A DNA stretch of 63,959 bases, counting the filler, from Lenisia limosa (lineage: Eukaryota > Protista > Breviatea), in assembly GCA_001655205.1 (NCBI GenBank). It is 13 parts of 13 records of this genome, joined end to end, with 100 filler letters (N's around TTAATTAATTAA, not from the genome) between each part and the next. Parts side by side here need not be neighbours in the genome. Positions count along the whole stretch, not along the records: positions 26,229 to 39,377 come from LPNZ01002921.1; positions 39,478 to 43,352 come from LPNZ01000040.1; positions 43,453 to 46,001 come from LPNZ01005183.1; positions 46,102 to 50,358 come from LPNZ01001677.1; 9 more parts are not named here. The stretch is one strand, 5' to 3'. The stretch's first letter is position 1; each line of letters starts with the position of its first letter. The translations under genes and the position numbers were made by a program. The notes below the pieces were generated by a model. The model had not been told where the DNA came from. It saw only the letters and a program-made list of their open reading frames with translations, and ran no database searches. Positions 36,943-49,100 of the stretch are shown here, one piece after another.

Positions 36943-39377
36943 ATGTCGTTTAACGACGATAAAAAGGTGGGTATTGGCAGAAACTAGGCAGTATGACAAG
37001 TCAGTATTTCTTGTAAAGCGTCCTCATTCTCGAAGCCAAGCTATTTACCTCATTCTTAGATGTCGGTGACATCTACCGAAGCTTATGATGCGGGACTGCT
37101 TGGCATGACCCCTGGGTAGGAAATTTTTCGGGAAAAGCCGTCTTCAAGATTGGACTCCAACGCCTTTAGATATCAAACCTCAATTGCCCCTGACATGGAA
37201 GAAGAAGGAGATGATGACTATTCCCAGCAGATCAACGCTCGTAATCCTAACGCTCCCTCCAGACTCCTTTCAGACGTTCCGATTGACGAAGAAGGTCGTT
37301 CAGAAAACGTAAGTGTTCAGAAACGAGGCCTGCAGTCAAAATTTCAATGTGTTTCTCATTGTCCTCAGGCCTTCCAAGATGTCCAAGAGCAACAGGCTGT
37401 TGAGCAACAAAGGAAGAGTCGCTACACAGAGCGTATCATGAAAGACCAGCTCTCCCCCGAGCGTGTTGACCCCTTCGGTGAGTGATCGTTATGCTTCTAT
37501 TTATTTTCAGTCTATCTCACCCACGCTCTCTCACCCTCTTACCAAGTTACTCTTCAGTTGTAGCATATTCTTTCTTGTATTTGTGCTGCTCACCTCTCTT
37601 TTGAGTATAAGAGATGCGCTCTGCTTTAGTTGTTGTGATAAATTATTATTTTTTCTTTTTTTTTTCTGAAGTAGGATAAACGAAATTCTTATCTTTTCTT
37701 TCGTCAATAATAGGAGCGTGCGTTCAGCAAGCAGTTGAAACCCTCTTGGGGTACTTTCACAATGTTACAATTTTTTGTTTTGTTTCGTTTTTTTATATGG
37801 ATGCAGTCCAGTAAAATCANNNNNNNNNNNNNNNNNNNNNNNNNNNNNNNNNNNNNNNNNNNNNNNNNNNNNNNNNNNNNNNNNNNNNNNNNNNNNNNNN
37901 NNNNNNNNNNNNNNNNNNNNNNNNNNNNNNNNNNNNNNNNNNNNNNNNNNNNNNNNNNNNNNNNNNNNNTGTTGAACAGGTTTTGTTTTGTTGTGTTTTT
38001 GTAGAACTCCCCTCCCCACCCCGTTTAGCAACACAATTATTACTTATAATTTGTTTTGTGTTACATCAATTTTCCTTAGAATTTTTCAATTCTACTTCCC
38101 ACCCGCTCTCAGTTGTATACATACCCCTTCGTTTATTTTATTTTGATGATAGAATGGTTTATTTGAAAGTTGAGACCGCCTCTCTCCTGAGACTCACTCC
38201 GTTGACTTTGCAGACATGGCACAAGCCACACCGGGACCTGAAATCAAGACCTACAAGGACGCCATGCGTGAGGCCATCTACAACAAGGATGCCGACCTCA
38301 CCCATCAACAGATCAAACAGAAGCAGGAGGTGCGTGGGGGAGCGGATCCTGCTATACTCTTTGCTGTCCTAATTAGAATATGGAGTTTCTTTTACTCCAT
38401 ATCAGTGTTTCTTTTCTTTGAAGACAATAGTTCACACCCTCTAGGATGCCGAGAAGCGAGGTGAGAAGATCCGGACCTCACGTGACCTGAACAGACCCCG
38501 TGACGAGCCGAAGACTCCCGAACCCGCCACTAAGAAGGCTAGATGGGATGACGAGACACCCTCAAAGAGCTCTAGCAAATGGGACGACTCCCAGGCAACC
38601 CCCTCTTCCTGTCAGCGGCGTAACCTGAAGGATATACCATTAAAGAATGATAAGGCATCGTTGTATTTTTCGTATATTAAGTATGAGTAGCTCTTCTTTC
38701 TATTAATTTGATACTATCTCCATTATCTGATATTGGATATGAGGGCCACTAACACTCCTAGCTGCAGTCCGCAAGTCGAGATGGGACCAGACCCCGGCAC
38801 GCGAGGACACCACTGCCAAATCCAGATGGGACCAAACCCCTGCTTCTGAGGGTGGGGGGTCTGACATAAATGCTCTTCAATTCTCTCATTGGCTTATTCA
38901 AAACCCAGCCCACGTGCGTTTTTAAATGTCTACCCAACAAAATGATATTGGATTTTTTTACTATTATTTTGGTTTTTTGTTTCANNNNNNNNNNNNNNNN
39001 NNNNNNNNNNNNNNNNNNNNNNNNNNNNNNNNNNNNNNNNNNNNNNNNNNNNNNNNNNNNNNNNNNNNNNNNNNNNNNNNNNNNNNNNNNNNNNNNNNNN
39101 NNNNNNNNNNNNNNNNNNNNNNNNNNNNNNNNNNNNNNNNNNNNNNNNNNNNNNNNNNNNNNNNNNNNNNNNNNNNNNNNNNNGCTCTGGCTTCCCTCTG
39201 GCCAGATAGTGCCGTCTTTCATTCCAAAGTCTTATTCAAAACTCTTCTTCTTGTCCCCGCAGGGATATCATATGAGTATCACAAGGCTCACCCCCAGGGA
39301 GGCAGCGTAGCTATGACCCCCGATCTGTCGCACGCCCTCCGTTGGGAGCGCGATTTGGCCGAGCGTAACTTCCCGTG
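36943..39377 (+). CDS. SF3B1: Splicing factor 3B subunit 1, 5' part only (contig ends)
   Basis: FRYQTSIAPDMEEEGDDD; LSPERVDPF; KTYKDAMREA; KKARWDDETP and KWDDSQATP (RWD/TP repeats); MTPDLSHALRWERDLAERNFP (39314-39377), matching SF3B1 MTPE...RWEREIDERNRP. Confidence 0.9.
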
Positions 39378-39556
39378 NNNNNNNNNNNNNNNNNNNNNNN
39401 NNNNNNNNNNNNNNNNNNNNNTTAATTAATTAANNNNNNNNNNNNNNNNNNNNNNNNNNNNNNNNNNNNNNNNNNNNATGATTTACTGTACTAGTCATAC
39501 TATATCATATGATATGTAATACTATATGAAAACATGTGAGACTGTCACTAAATGTA

Positions 39557-40434
39557 TTAGTACTTAATTATTGGAGACAAAACAGCTGATCTTGCCTTCT
39601 CCAAAGATTGTAGGCTTACGCTAAAACTGTGTTTGCCTTTGGTCACGTCGACAAAGGCATTGACCGCTGCCGGGAGAATGTAGTTCGAATCAGCAGTGGC
39701 TGTAACGGACTTAACGGCAACACCATCAACAACAAGGCGCATCTCAACAAAGCCGTCCTAAACGGTCACGAAAGAACTTTCAGAGAGAACTCAAAATAAC
39801 CCCTCGATTCCTACCTGGAAAGGGACACTGACAAAGAGAGCCAAGACACCATCAGCTACTGCTGTGACTTCACCACTAAGCCCGCTGATGGCTTCAAATG
39901 AAGAGGCTGGCTGTGTTAATATCTTATGGATTAACATGTCTTGTTATCATGTGCTGTTGGCCAGCTAACTTGCGTTTTCAAGAGTTGCAGATTGCAAATG
40001 TCCTCCAGACACCCTGATAATTAGAAATACGCAACTTGAACAATGGTTTTATTGTATGATGTCACCCCCTCCCCACTTAGTAGCCTTCACAAAAATGGCG
40101 TCTTCCAAGTCACTGATTCGCTGCATCACATCCTCACCACTGACCTATGGAACAATAAGGTCTGAGCCCTGCGATGAGAATGGCCGGAGGAATATGGCAA
40201 ACCCCTTACCAGCAGGGTATCAGTCTCAACTTTGGTGCAGGAAAGACCACCTGAAGGAGTCAAAGGAGGAGTAAAGATATAGAAATAATGGAGGAAAGAA
40301 CGTTCAATTCATGTAGAGGAGGATGGCCAACTAAAAAGTGCAGTGTCTCCGCCTGAGTGGATGCTGATAAACCCTTGACAACAGGCGATCGTAACTACTA
40401 CCAACCAAACTAAGGAAGAGAGGTTCGGCAACAT
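39557..40434 (-). CDS. Small secreted beta-rich protein, uncharacterised
   Basis: Signal-like start MLPNLSSLVWLVVVTIACCQG; exons VSGEDVMQRISDLEDAIFVKATK, FEAISGLSGEVTAVADGVLALFVSVPFQ, DGFVEMRLVVDGVAVKSVTATADSNYILPAAVNAFVDVTKGKHSFS. Confidence 0.5.
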
Positions 40435-40599
40435 GGTGTTTACTCTTGGTACTTTTGTAAATATATATTATTATATACGGTTTACTCAAGCTGTTTCTGC
40501 TAGAGCTGTTTACCATCAGACTGCTTGAACTTCCCGGTACGCACCGGGCATAATTCCTCCGCTAAGCTCTTGGTCTTATATGTAAACTGACCGATAAAG

Positions 40600-43321
40600 T
40601 GGCGTGGAGTTTGCGCGAGGTGGCGTACCGAGAAGCTTGGACTGCTCTGCAAAATTGGTTCCCTGGAGAGGGTAAATTCTCGGAAAATAGTCCCTTATAT
40701 CTCATTTCCTGCCCGGGGCGCACCGGGAAAAAAATTTGGAATTTCACATTAAAACAACGAGGATGTGGGATAACGCCTTGGTAATTATTGCGTATTTATT
40801 TATCTTTTTTGCTGCTGGTTGCAAATACGCCTTTTTATGATAAACGTATTAGTTTAAGAGAAACATAACCAAATTGTTGAAAAGATTTCCAGAATTCGGT
40901 CTCCACAGACCACCAGATCATGAAGCTCATGAAGAAGAAGGAGCCTGAGGTCACAATCCCAGTCCACTGCTCAACAGACCCAAAGAGTCTGCAGACATGG
41001 GTGCTACCCCAAATTAATGTCCATTGGACAAAAGTCAACGACCTTTCAAGGCCGGCAAAGACTCAGGTTTGTGTATTATTCTGTTGAGAACAAGTAAATT
41101 GAGTAAGGAACGCATTCTGAAATTAAAACGTTGCGATGAGTGATATGATATAATATTGCTTGCAATTCTATGAGAAGCATCTTCTGCTGTCTTTGCTTTA
41201 TTGATCATTCAGAATATCGGACGCACTGGAAAGGGTCCGACTAGGGACCCCCGAGAGAAGAACTCTGCCTTCTACAATTACTGGTTCCATCGCTGGGCTG
41301 AAGCCTGGGAACAAAGACCGTGGGGGATGGTGGTTATTGGGTGTTTTCACTACACCCCTCCTTGCTCTACATGTATCAGTGTATAGGATGAAGGCTTACC
41401 CCGCAGGTTCCGAAGCAAGATGTTCACCCGGGTGGACCCTGTTCTGGAGAGCGGCTATACAAAAGCCTCATTTGACACCCCTTACTGCCTGCATTTTGCC
41501 CATGGGGACTGTCTCTTTGTAAGCATCGATTTTTATTATTTTTTAACGCTCCAACCTATCTCCCTTGCATTGATTCAATTCTCAAGGTTTTCCTATCCAC
41601 AAATAGAAGCTTACTTATTGAGAGGACATCGTTCTGAGCTTCATATCATATCGATAGTTTCACAGCTGACTTGACTGTAGGGTGAAAGCTGTTCGTACAA
41701 GCACCAGATCCCTACCCCGGAAGACGATGGAAGATGCTCTCGCGCATTAGACATTTTCGGACGTGAGCGCCACGCGTAAGCTTGGGTTTCGTTGCTTCCT
41801 ATTCAGGCAATCAAAAGTGTGTGTTGCTGGGCGTTGTTTGTTTTGTTTCTTAACTGTTGTACTAAAATGCCCTGCTTTTGCTATATTGAATGATTTTTCA
41901 TAATCTATGCTTACCCCCACCCCCTAGTCGAACGAGAAAAGATGGATGTGGTGCGGGTAGCTACGAGAAGTCATCTAGACTTCTTTATATCTCAGATCTC
42001 CCTCTTCACATTTCTGTGGTTTGTGGTTTTATCGTGTTTAGTTTGCAACTTGTATCTGGGAAATTTGTAGAGTATGACCTATTGTTTTACGCATTTATCT
42101 TTCTGTAAGTAGAACACTGGAACCTCCTGAATTCGTGGAACGGATTTGGGAAGCCGATACTCCTTTTTTATTTCACATTTCGAAGTACTCTTCCTTTATT
42201 GTCTTATTTGAAAATGTACAGACCCACCTTATTCCCACCCAGCAAATCTTGTATTCACACTTCTGCATCTTCGGCCCCATTGACAAAGTCTTCCTCCATG
42301 ACTCCAAGCGATATGGGTTTATTTCATATGAGGTGGGGGTGGAGGCTTTATTTCTAGTTGCAATATCCTTATAATTGCGTAGATGCGCGCCAGCGCAGAG
42401 TTTGCGCGCGAAGCCATGCATCAACGACCCCTCAACCACAAGGATGAGGTATGTTCCGATTTTTTGCTCTTTCGTTCTTAGCCTATTGCTTACGGTTTAG
42501 ATCCCCATTTCACTGAGATGGGCAGAGTTTGACCCCCTCACAGAGGTGGATATTGCAGTTTGTGGGGAATGTCATTTTTTCTTTTTTCTCGTACAGTATT
42601 ATGCCTCACCCAGGCAAAAGTAAGTGAGTTGTTCTCTTTCAGTAAAGTGGCATCACATTTGGGTTTCACCACACCCTTTCAGGTTGAGCATGCCAGATTC
42701 CTTCGACCGGAAGCGGCACATCTCATCAAGCCGCCTCGTGTGGCCGAACCGACGTTCAAGGAAACCTGGTCCGAGAAATGGGACAAGCAATCCGGCCGCG
42801 TGGTAAGTAATGTAACTCATATAAACAATTAAAAACATAACAGCCGTCTAATCACACCCCCCCTCCCCTCCCAGCATTTTGCTGACCATGTTCCTGATTC
42901 CCTCCACTTTGTTGCCAATTCCTCTGACATGGCCATTACTGACGGACCCGATGTTATTGATCTCGACAAAGCAAGGTGAGTGATACTCATCATAGAATGC
43001 AGACGACACTCTATGCTTTTTGATGATGACTTGCAGACTCCCCGGATTACTGCCATTTAACTCATCTTTTCCCATAGACCCTCAAGCATTCTCCCTGGAA
43101 CAGCCCTCAAGAAAGTTGGAACGCAGATCTCACGGTACCATACTGCAGACGGTCTCACTGGAGAGGTGAAGGGGGGGTATTCCACCGATAAGATGACTTA
43201 GCCTTATCTCTCGCGCTTCAGCTCCTCGTAAACCGTTATATTTCCTACACGATTTTGTTTTGAGCTCATACAGTAGATCAGTATTGCCGGACGCCTCCAG
43301 CCCCAAGTCTGCCCCCCTGGT
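40600..43321 (+). CDS. CWC2: Pre-mRNA splicing factor Cwc2 (CCCH zinc finger + RRM); start and C-terminal extent uncertain
   Basis: SRPAKTQ; FYNYWFHRW; ESGYTKA..PYCLHFAHGDCLF|GESCSYKHQIPT..DIFGRERH; GAGSYEKSSRLLYISDL; ILYSHFCIFGPIDK; ASAEFAREAMHQRPL; LRWAEFDP. These are in the same order as in fungal Cwc2. Confidence 0.85.
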
Positions 43322-43455
43322 ATGCGGTGGCGCGCTCCTGTTTTTTTTTTTTNNNNNNNNNNNNNNNNNNNNNNNNNNNNNNNNNNNNNNNNNNNNTTAA
43401 TTAATTAANNNNNNNNNNNNNNNNNNNNNNNNNNNNNNNNNNNNNNNNNNNNCAG

Positions 43456-45946
43456 GAAGAGCTTATTACCGGCCTTGTCAAACGCCGCGCCAAGTACGTC
43501 CGTCTCCAACGCGACCTTGTTGAGGATGCTGAGGAGGTTAAGAAGAGCCTCCCTGTCGAGGAGAAGGCCGAGGTGGGCGGTTGGTGATAGTTGGTGAGGG
43601 GTATAGAGTAGTCACTAGGGCTTCACTTCGTTTCGGTAATATATCAACTATTTTTGAGGATTTATCGAGAAATTTACTCTATTTTCGAATCGAAGTGAAG
43701 CCCTTGTAGAGTGACTAACATGAATGCTAAACGGTTCTTTTTATTGAATATTTGAATAACCTCCATTCAGGGCACTGTGCTCATCACCTTCGCTACCGAA
43801 TCTGGTAATTCCGAGTCCGCCGCCGAGGCTCTTTCTGAGCAACTCAACGCCGCTGGTGTTGCCACTAAGGTACACCCCAGGTTCCCCCTCCCCCTTCTCG
43901 TTTTATTGTTTTTGTTTGTTTGGAGTTTCGAAAAAAAAAAAAATACAGATTTCGATTTCACTCCCCAGGTTGAAGACATGGACGACATGACTGTCGAGGA
44001 AATGGGCTCATTCACCCGCTCCGTCGTGATCCTCTCTTCCACCGGCCAGGGCGAACTCCCTGTTGTAAGCGGGGTTTTATTGTTTCGTGCCCTTTTTTCA
44101 AAAATATAAAACTAATGAAATCCCTTTTTTATGATTTTTCAAAGTTATTTCCATTTTACCCCACTCAGACTGCCTACGACTTTGTTGCCGAACTCGAGGC
44201 TGCCAAGTCCAAGCTGTCCGGCCACAAGTTCGCCCTCTTCGGCCTTGGTGACTCCGTCTTCAAGGCCTCCTACCAGGGCGCTCCTATTCGCGTTGAGAAG
44301 GTAGGATAATTTTGTTTCATATTTTTTTTTCCAATTTACGTGTGTTCTCAGCCAACATAGTTGATTTTGAGCTTTTTTCTTCATAAATTTTCAAATTTAC
44401 CCCCCCCCCCCNNNNNNNNNNNNNNNNNNNNNNNNNNNNNNNNNNNNNNNNNNNNNNNNNNNNGGGCGACGACCGTGCCAAGTCTGGCTACCGTACCGGA
44501 TTCGAGCAGTGGGCTCCCAACTGCGTTGCTGCTCTGACCGGCGGCGAAGTTAAGGCGGTCAAGATTGAGAAGGCCGAGGAGGCCAAGCCAGTCGCTGCTG
44601 CCGCCAAGGTAGGCGGTTCGAGTCGCGACGTGGTCTTTTTTTTCAGAAGGCAGTTGAGCTGTTTCCTAGATCCCCTCACTCACTTCTTTTGTGTTTTTTT
44701 TTGTTTCATAAATTAATTACCCAATTTTACACCCCAGGTTGTTGCTTCTGCCCCCACTACCACCGTTGTCGAAAAGGTTGTCCACGACGGACTTGACACC
44801 CGTGCCAACTGGGGCCCCGACGTGCTTGGACGCAACATTGGCGCTGACGCCAAGGCTCCTGTCTACACTCCCCACACCTACAACTTCTATGGCGCGCCCA
44901 CGCTCAATCGCACGCCTGTTGAAGCCTCTTCTCTCGACCCTGAGAAGAAGGTCGCTGACGGCGTCCACTTTGTCGGCGCTATCGACTGGGACGTTCGTAA
45001 CTGTGAGAGGGCGGTCAGTGTTTTTTCCGATTTTTTTTTCTCGTTTGGTTCGTTTTTTTTTGTTTTGGAGTAGTATTCGGTTCGTGATACGTAGCATTGT
45101 GCTAAGATTCTTCATTGAAATTTCCTTCGTTTGACACCGCCAGTCCACGGATTCGAAACCGACAAGGGCACCTCCTACAACGCCTACTTCATTGACGACG
45201 AGATGCCAACTGTTATCGACTCTGTTAAGTACCCCTTCGCCCAGGTGGGAATGGGGCTGTGTGATAAATTAATGGGGTAATTGGGGGATTTATGAAGGCT
45301 TCACCTCGATTCGAAAATGACCGGGAAAATATCGATAGTTTTCGAGGATTTATCGGGAAAAGGGTCTATTTTCATACCTTCAAGCCCCTTGGTTTTCCCT
45401 TTCTCTCTCTTGACATTTCAGGAATACCTTGACCACGTTGCCTCCCACTGCCCTCTCGACAAGCTGAAGTACGTCGTCTGCCTCCACGCGTGGGCGGGGG
45501 GATAATGGAGTGTTAAATNNNNNNNNNNNNNNNNNNNNNNNNNNNNNNNNNNNNNNNNNNNNNNNNNNNNNNNNNNNNNNNNNNNNNNNNNNNNNNNNNN
45601 NNNNNNNNNNNNNNNNNNNNNNNNNNNNNNNNNNNNNNNNNNNNNNNNNNNNNNNNNNNNNNNNNNNNNNNNNNNNNNNNNNNNNNNNNNNNNNNNNNNN
45701 NNNNNNNNNNNNNNNNNNNNNNNTTCTTTTAATTTTTACATTATCATTGATTTTCCCTTTATCTTTGATTTTTACATAATCAGGATTTTAACTTCCCAAT
45801 TGATCGTAACGTATCATACTACCTCTGTATCTTCTCTGGCAACTTGCCATTTCCCCAGTTTATCGGTCCCATATTAACCATTTCAGGACTTCCTTGAGCG
45901 CCACTACGACACCAAGGAATGGAACTGGAAGATCATCTCCCCTAAG
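43456..45946 (+). CDS. Flavodoxin (CPR/CysJ-type)-flavodiiron protein fusion; both ends missing
   Basis: In-frame exons 43456-43572, 43771-43869, 43969-44064, 44169-44300, 44464-44608, 44738-45002, 45144-45244, 45422-45489, 45887-45946. Flavodoxin: ITFATESGNSESAAEAL, SSTGQGELP, FALFGLGDS, GDDR. FprA/FDP metallo-beta-lactamase domain: [59 protein letters not shown]. Two internal N gaps (44412-44463, 45519-45723). Confidence 0.85.
43618..43703. mobile_element. MITE M1 copy (inverted internal orientation)
   Basis: TA|GGGCTTCACTTCGTTTCG...CGAATCGAAGTGAAGCCC, in intron 1 of the flavodoxin-FDP gene. Confidence 0.85.
45003..45143 (+). repeat. Intron-repeat R3; related copies at 8690-8830(-), 55800-55905(-), 43870-43968(+), 56040-56085(-)
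   Basis: Shared TTTGGAGT..TATTCGGTTCGTGAT..TTCAT(C/T)GAAATTTCCTT(C/T)(G/C)TTT(T/G)AC..AG at intron 3' ends. Confidence 0.8.
45296..45387. mobile_element. MITE M1, diverged copy
   Basis: GGCTTCACCTCGATTCGAAAATGACCGG...TATCGATAGTTTTCGAGGATTTATCG...CAAGCCC. Confidence 0.75.
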
Positions 45947-46169
45947 GTACGCTGGAGGGCTGCGATGCTGAACAGTCTTTGTTTAGAGTGATGCGGTGCT
46001 GNNNNNNNNNNNNNNNNNNNNNNNNNNNNNNNNNNNNNNNNNNNNTTAATTAATTAANNNNNNNNNNNNNNNNNNNNNNNNNNNNNNNNNNNNNNNNNNN
46101 NGAAACAAAAAAAAAAAAATCCAGAAACAAATGGGGGGTAAATGGAAAATTGTAAGAGAGCAAAAGAGA

Positions 46170-49100
46170 ACGTCACAATGCCAAAGAATACCAAGTGAAG
46201 TCCCTCACATTTGGCAGAGCGCTGCATTCTCGACACTCCTCACTGAATCGATAGTAGCCATTGCTGCACGTTGCGCACATGTGACCTTCGTAACTGTGGA
46301 AATGATGGGGGTATTATTCTAATAAAAACATATTTCGATATATCAAATAATATATACAAAGATATCGATATAGGATATACAATGATATATCTAACATGAT
46401 TATAGGTGATGACGAAGAACATGATTAGAAAGTACATATATCATGTAGGATACATAAATAGGACTCTTATCTCTGATCCTGTCGGATCCCATGGATCCGC
46501 CGGATTTTTATCCGGATTTTATAATACTATTATTATTTATTAACATTGATGTATTTTGTTTGGTTGTTTTTACCATGGTTCCCTATTTTTTGCCAATAAT
46601 ATCTTTCTTTTTTTGTGCAGTATGCGTTTTAGAAAGAGCATATGTGTATAATAATAGTTGTAAGTACTGATTGTTCGATAATAATAAATATTATGATTAT
46701 AATGAATTAGAGCCACAACGGATCTTTGAATTTTTTTTAAACTCTTTTTATGACTCTTTTAATAGCAAAAAAAACGGATCTAATTTCGGATTATATCGGA
46801 TCTTTTGTCGGATACTAGGATCCGGATCCTCGCTTTTTTATCAGTCGGATCCTGATCCGGGTACCCGGAAATATAGCCCTACACATAGATAAAACTACTA
46901 TGCATATCATATATATTATAAATTAATTGTAGGGAACTGTGCAATTATTTTTTTGAGGAAACTATTGGAGTGATAGTGTGACCATACACTCCCAGTTTTT
47001 CAGTAAATTAAATGTGTGTCACCCCCTCCCCCTCTCCATATCAATTTTCGTTTTCCTTTTATCCCCTCACCCACCCTGACGCACAGGCCCCATCAGCCTG
47101 ACAGCTATTTATATTGGGACAAGCCAGAAACGTGTCACTCTTGAGGTCACTTGGGAAGAAACCCGTGCTTGATCTCGGGACGGCATCACCGCCGTCACAT
47201 ACCCCTCCTGTTGGGCAGATCGTGCACTGGGTCGTGAGGAATGATCATGACGACGAGCATGATTAAAGAGAACAATATGATTATAAGGTGATGATGATGA
47301 TGAACACTATTATAAGGTGATCAGGAAGTGTTTGATCAGATGTTGGTAGAGTATCACTTCGGTCAAACAAAAAAACAGGAAAATATCGATAGTTGAGGAT
47401 TTGTTGATAAGACAATAAAATCAAAAAGAAAGAAAAAGAAACACATATTTTATTTGAGATAAAAATATGTCATTGAGTAACCTACTGATTCGACCGTTTC
47501 AGTCAGGCGATTCAACCTCGTGTAGTAACCTTTAATACACAAGCAAAGGCTCTGTGACGTTGCCCCGATTCCTTCCGTTTTCATCGTTTCCTACATCATA
47601 AATAAAATAATACAAAAAAAAAAAAGGACAAGAAGGAAAAGATAAAGGCTTTAATAAGGTATTGTACACTGTAATATCAACCCTCCCCACNNNNNNNNNN
47701 NNNNNNNNNNNNNNNNNNNNNNNNNNNNNNNNNNNNNNNNNNNNNNNNNNNNNNNNNNNNNNNNNNNNNNNNNNNNNNNNNNNNNNNAAAAAAAAAACAA
47801 AACAAAAAAAAACAAAAGCCCCATTCCAACAATTTCACTTCGGTTTGAAAAAACAAACCGGGAAAATATCGATAGTTTCGAGAAGTTATCGAGTAATGCC
47901 GTCTTTTTTTTTCGAAAAGAAGTTAAGCCCTACTCCCCAAAAAAAATAAAAAATAATGTTCCCTGGATTTCTTTTCTCTTGTTAACAAAAAAAAAGGCCT
48001 CAAAATAACATTCACCCCTCCGCCCCAATCCCACATGACACGCCGTACACGGGAGTGTGTCATATGTGGCGCTATAGGTTCCGGTGTTACAGGGCATGCA
48101 CATTGCCGACGTCGTTTCAATGTAGTAGGTTCCTACGGGTGGATAAATTGTCTGTGTGTGTGGGTCATACGTATCTTGTTCCCTCCACTCTCAACTGATC
48201 AAAGCTATTTAATATACCCTCAAATCAGAGCTTTGTAATATCCCCCCCAACCAGGGCCACAATGGCAGTTTGTAGAGTTGGTGTCACTAGGGTCCAGCAT
48301 GAAGCCGTCCTAAATAAATAATGGACATTCCTATTGGGCCAAGGAAGAACATTGGATAATCATTAGTTCCTATTCGAGAAGCTTAAGCTTGCGTTTTTTA
48401 AGCAAATATGTAAAAATTTTGCACACATGATAAAATATGTACCGACAATGGCAACACTTTTTTTGATAAACGTGAACGTAAATCTTGCATTTGATTTAAT
48501 CCCAACGATAAAACAAAACACAAAACCCTCCCTCCAAAAACACAATTGAAATACCCCCCTCTTCCACAGAGCATGGGTATTGAGCTTGGAAATAGACAAA
48601 AACAAACATGCCCCCCCCCGCCCCCACAAAAAAAAAACAATGATTCAAACAAACAACTCCCCCTAGCGCACATAGCACGTGCAGTTCAGCTTGGAAATAG
48701 AAGTGTCAGTCAGGGTTGTGGTTCGACTTCCGGGGCATGATGTGCATTGCTCCTGGGGGATTAAGGATTATGTATAGCTATACTATATTGATGATGTACA
48801 GTGACCAGGATAAGTCTTTACCCGATTTGCTCAATGATTTCCCAAGGAAAATCGTTCAAGACTTATCAATGTATACAAGATAATATATCAATATACGACA
48901 TTATAGCTTAAACGATCATATAAAAATAATCATGGGCATTAGTCCTGGGGGATTAACCAATAATTGGTTCAATAAAAACATCCTCCAAATTTGATTGAGG
49001 AATATTCCAACCACAAAATTGCATTTCGAGTATCGATACCCCCAACCCCCCTCTCTACCCACATTTGATTTTGAAGATTTGTAGGTACCAATTGGACAAG

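Noticed and set aside
36943-43321. Apparent splicing-factor cluster (SF3B1 near CWC2)
   Set aside because: The two genes are separated by an artificial spacer at 39422, so proximity is an artefact of concatenation.
43453-45946. Bacterial contamination as the source of the flavodiiron contig
   Set aside because: It has spliceosomal introns carrying the same repeat families as the other contigs.
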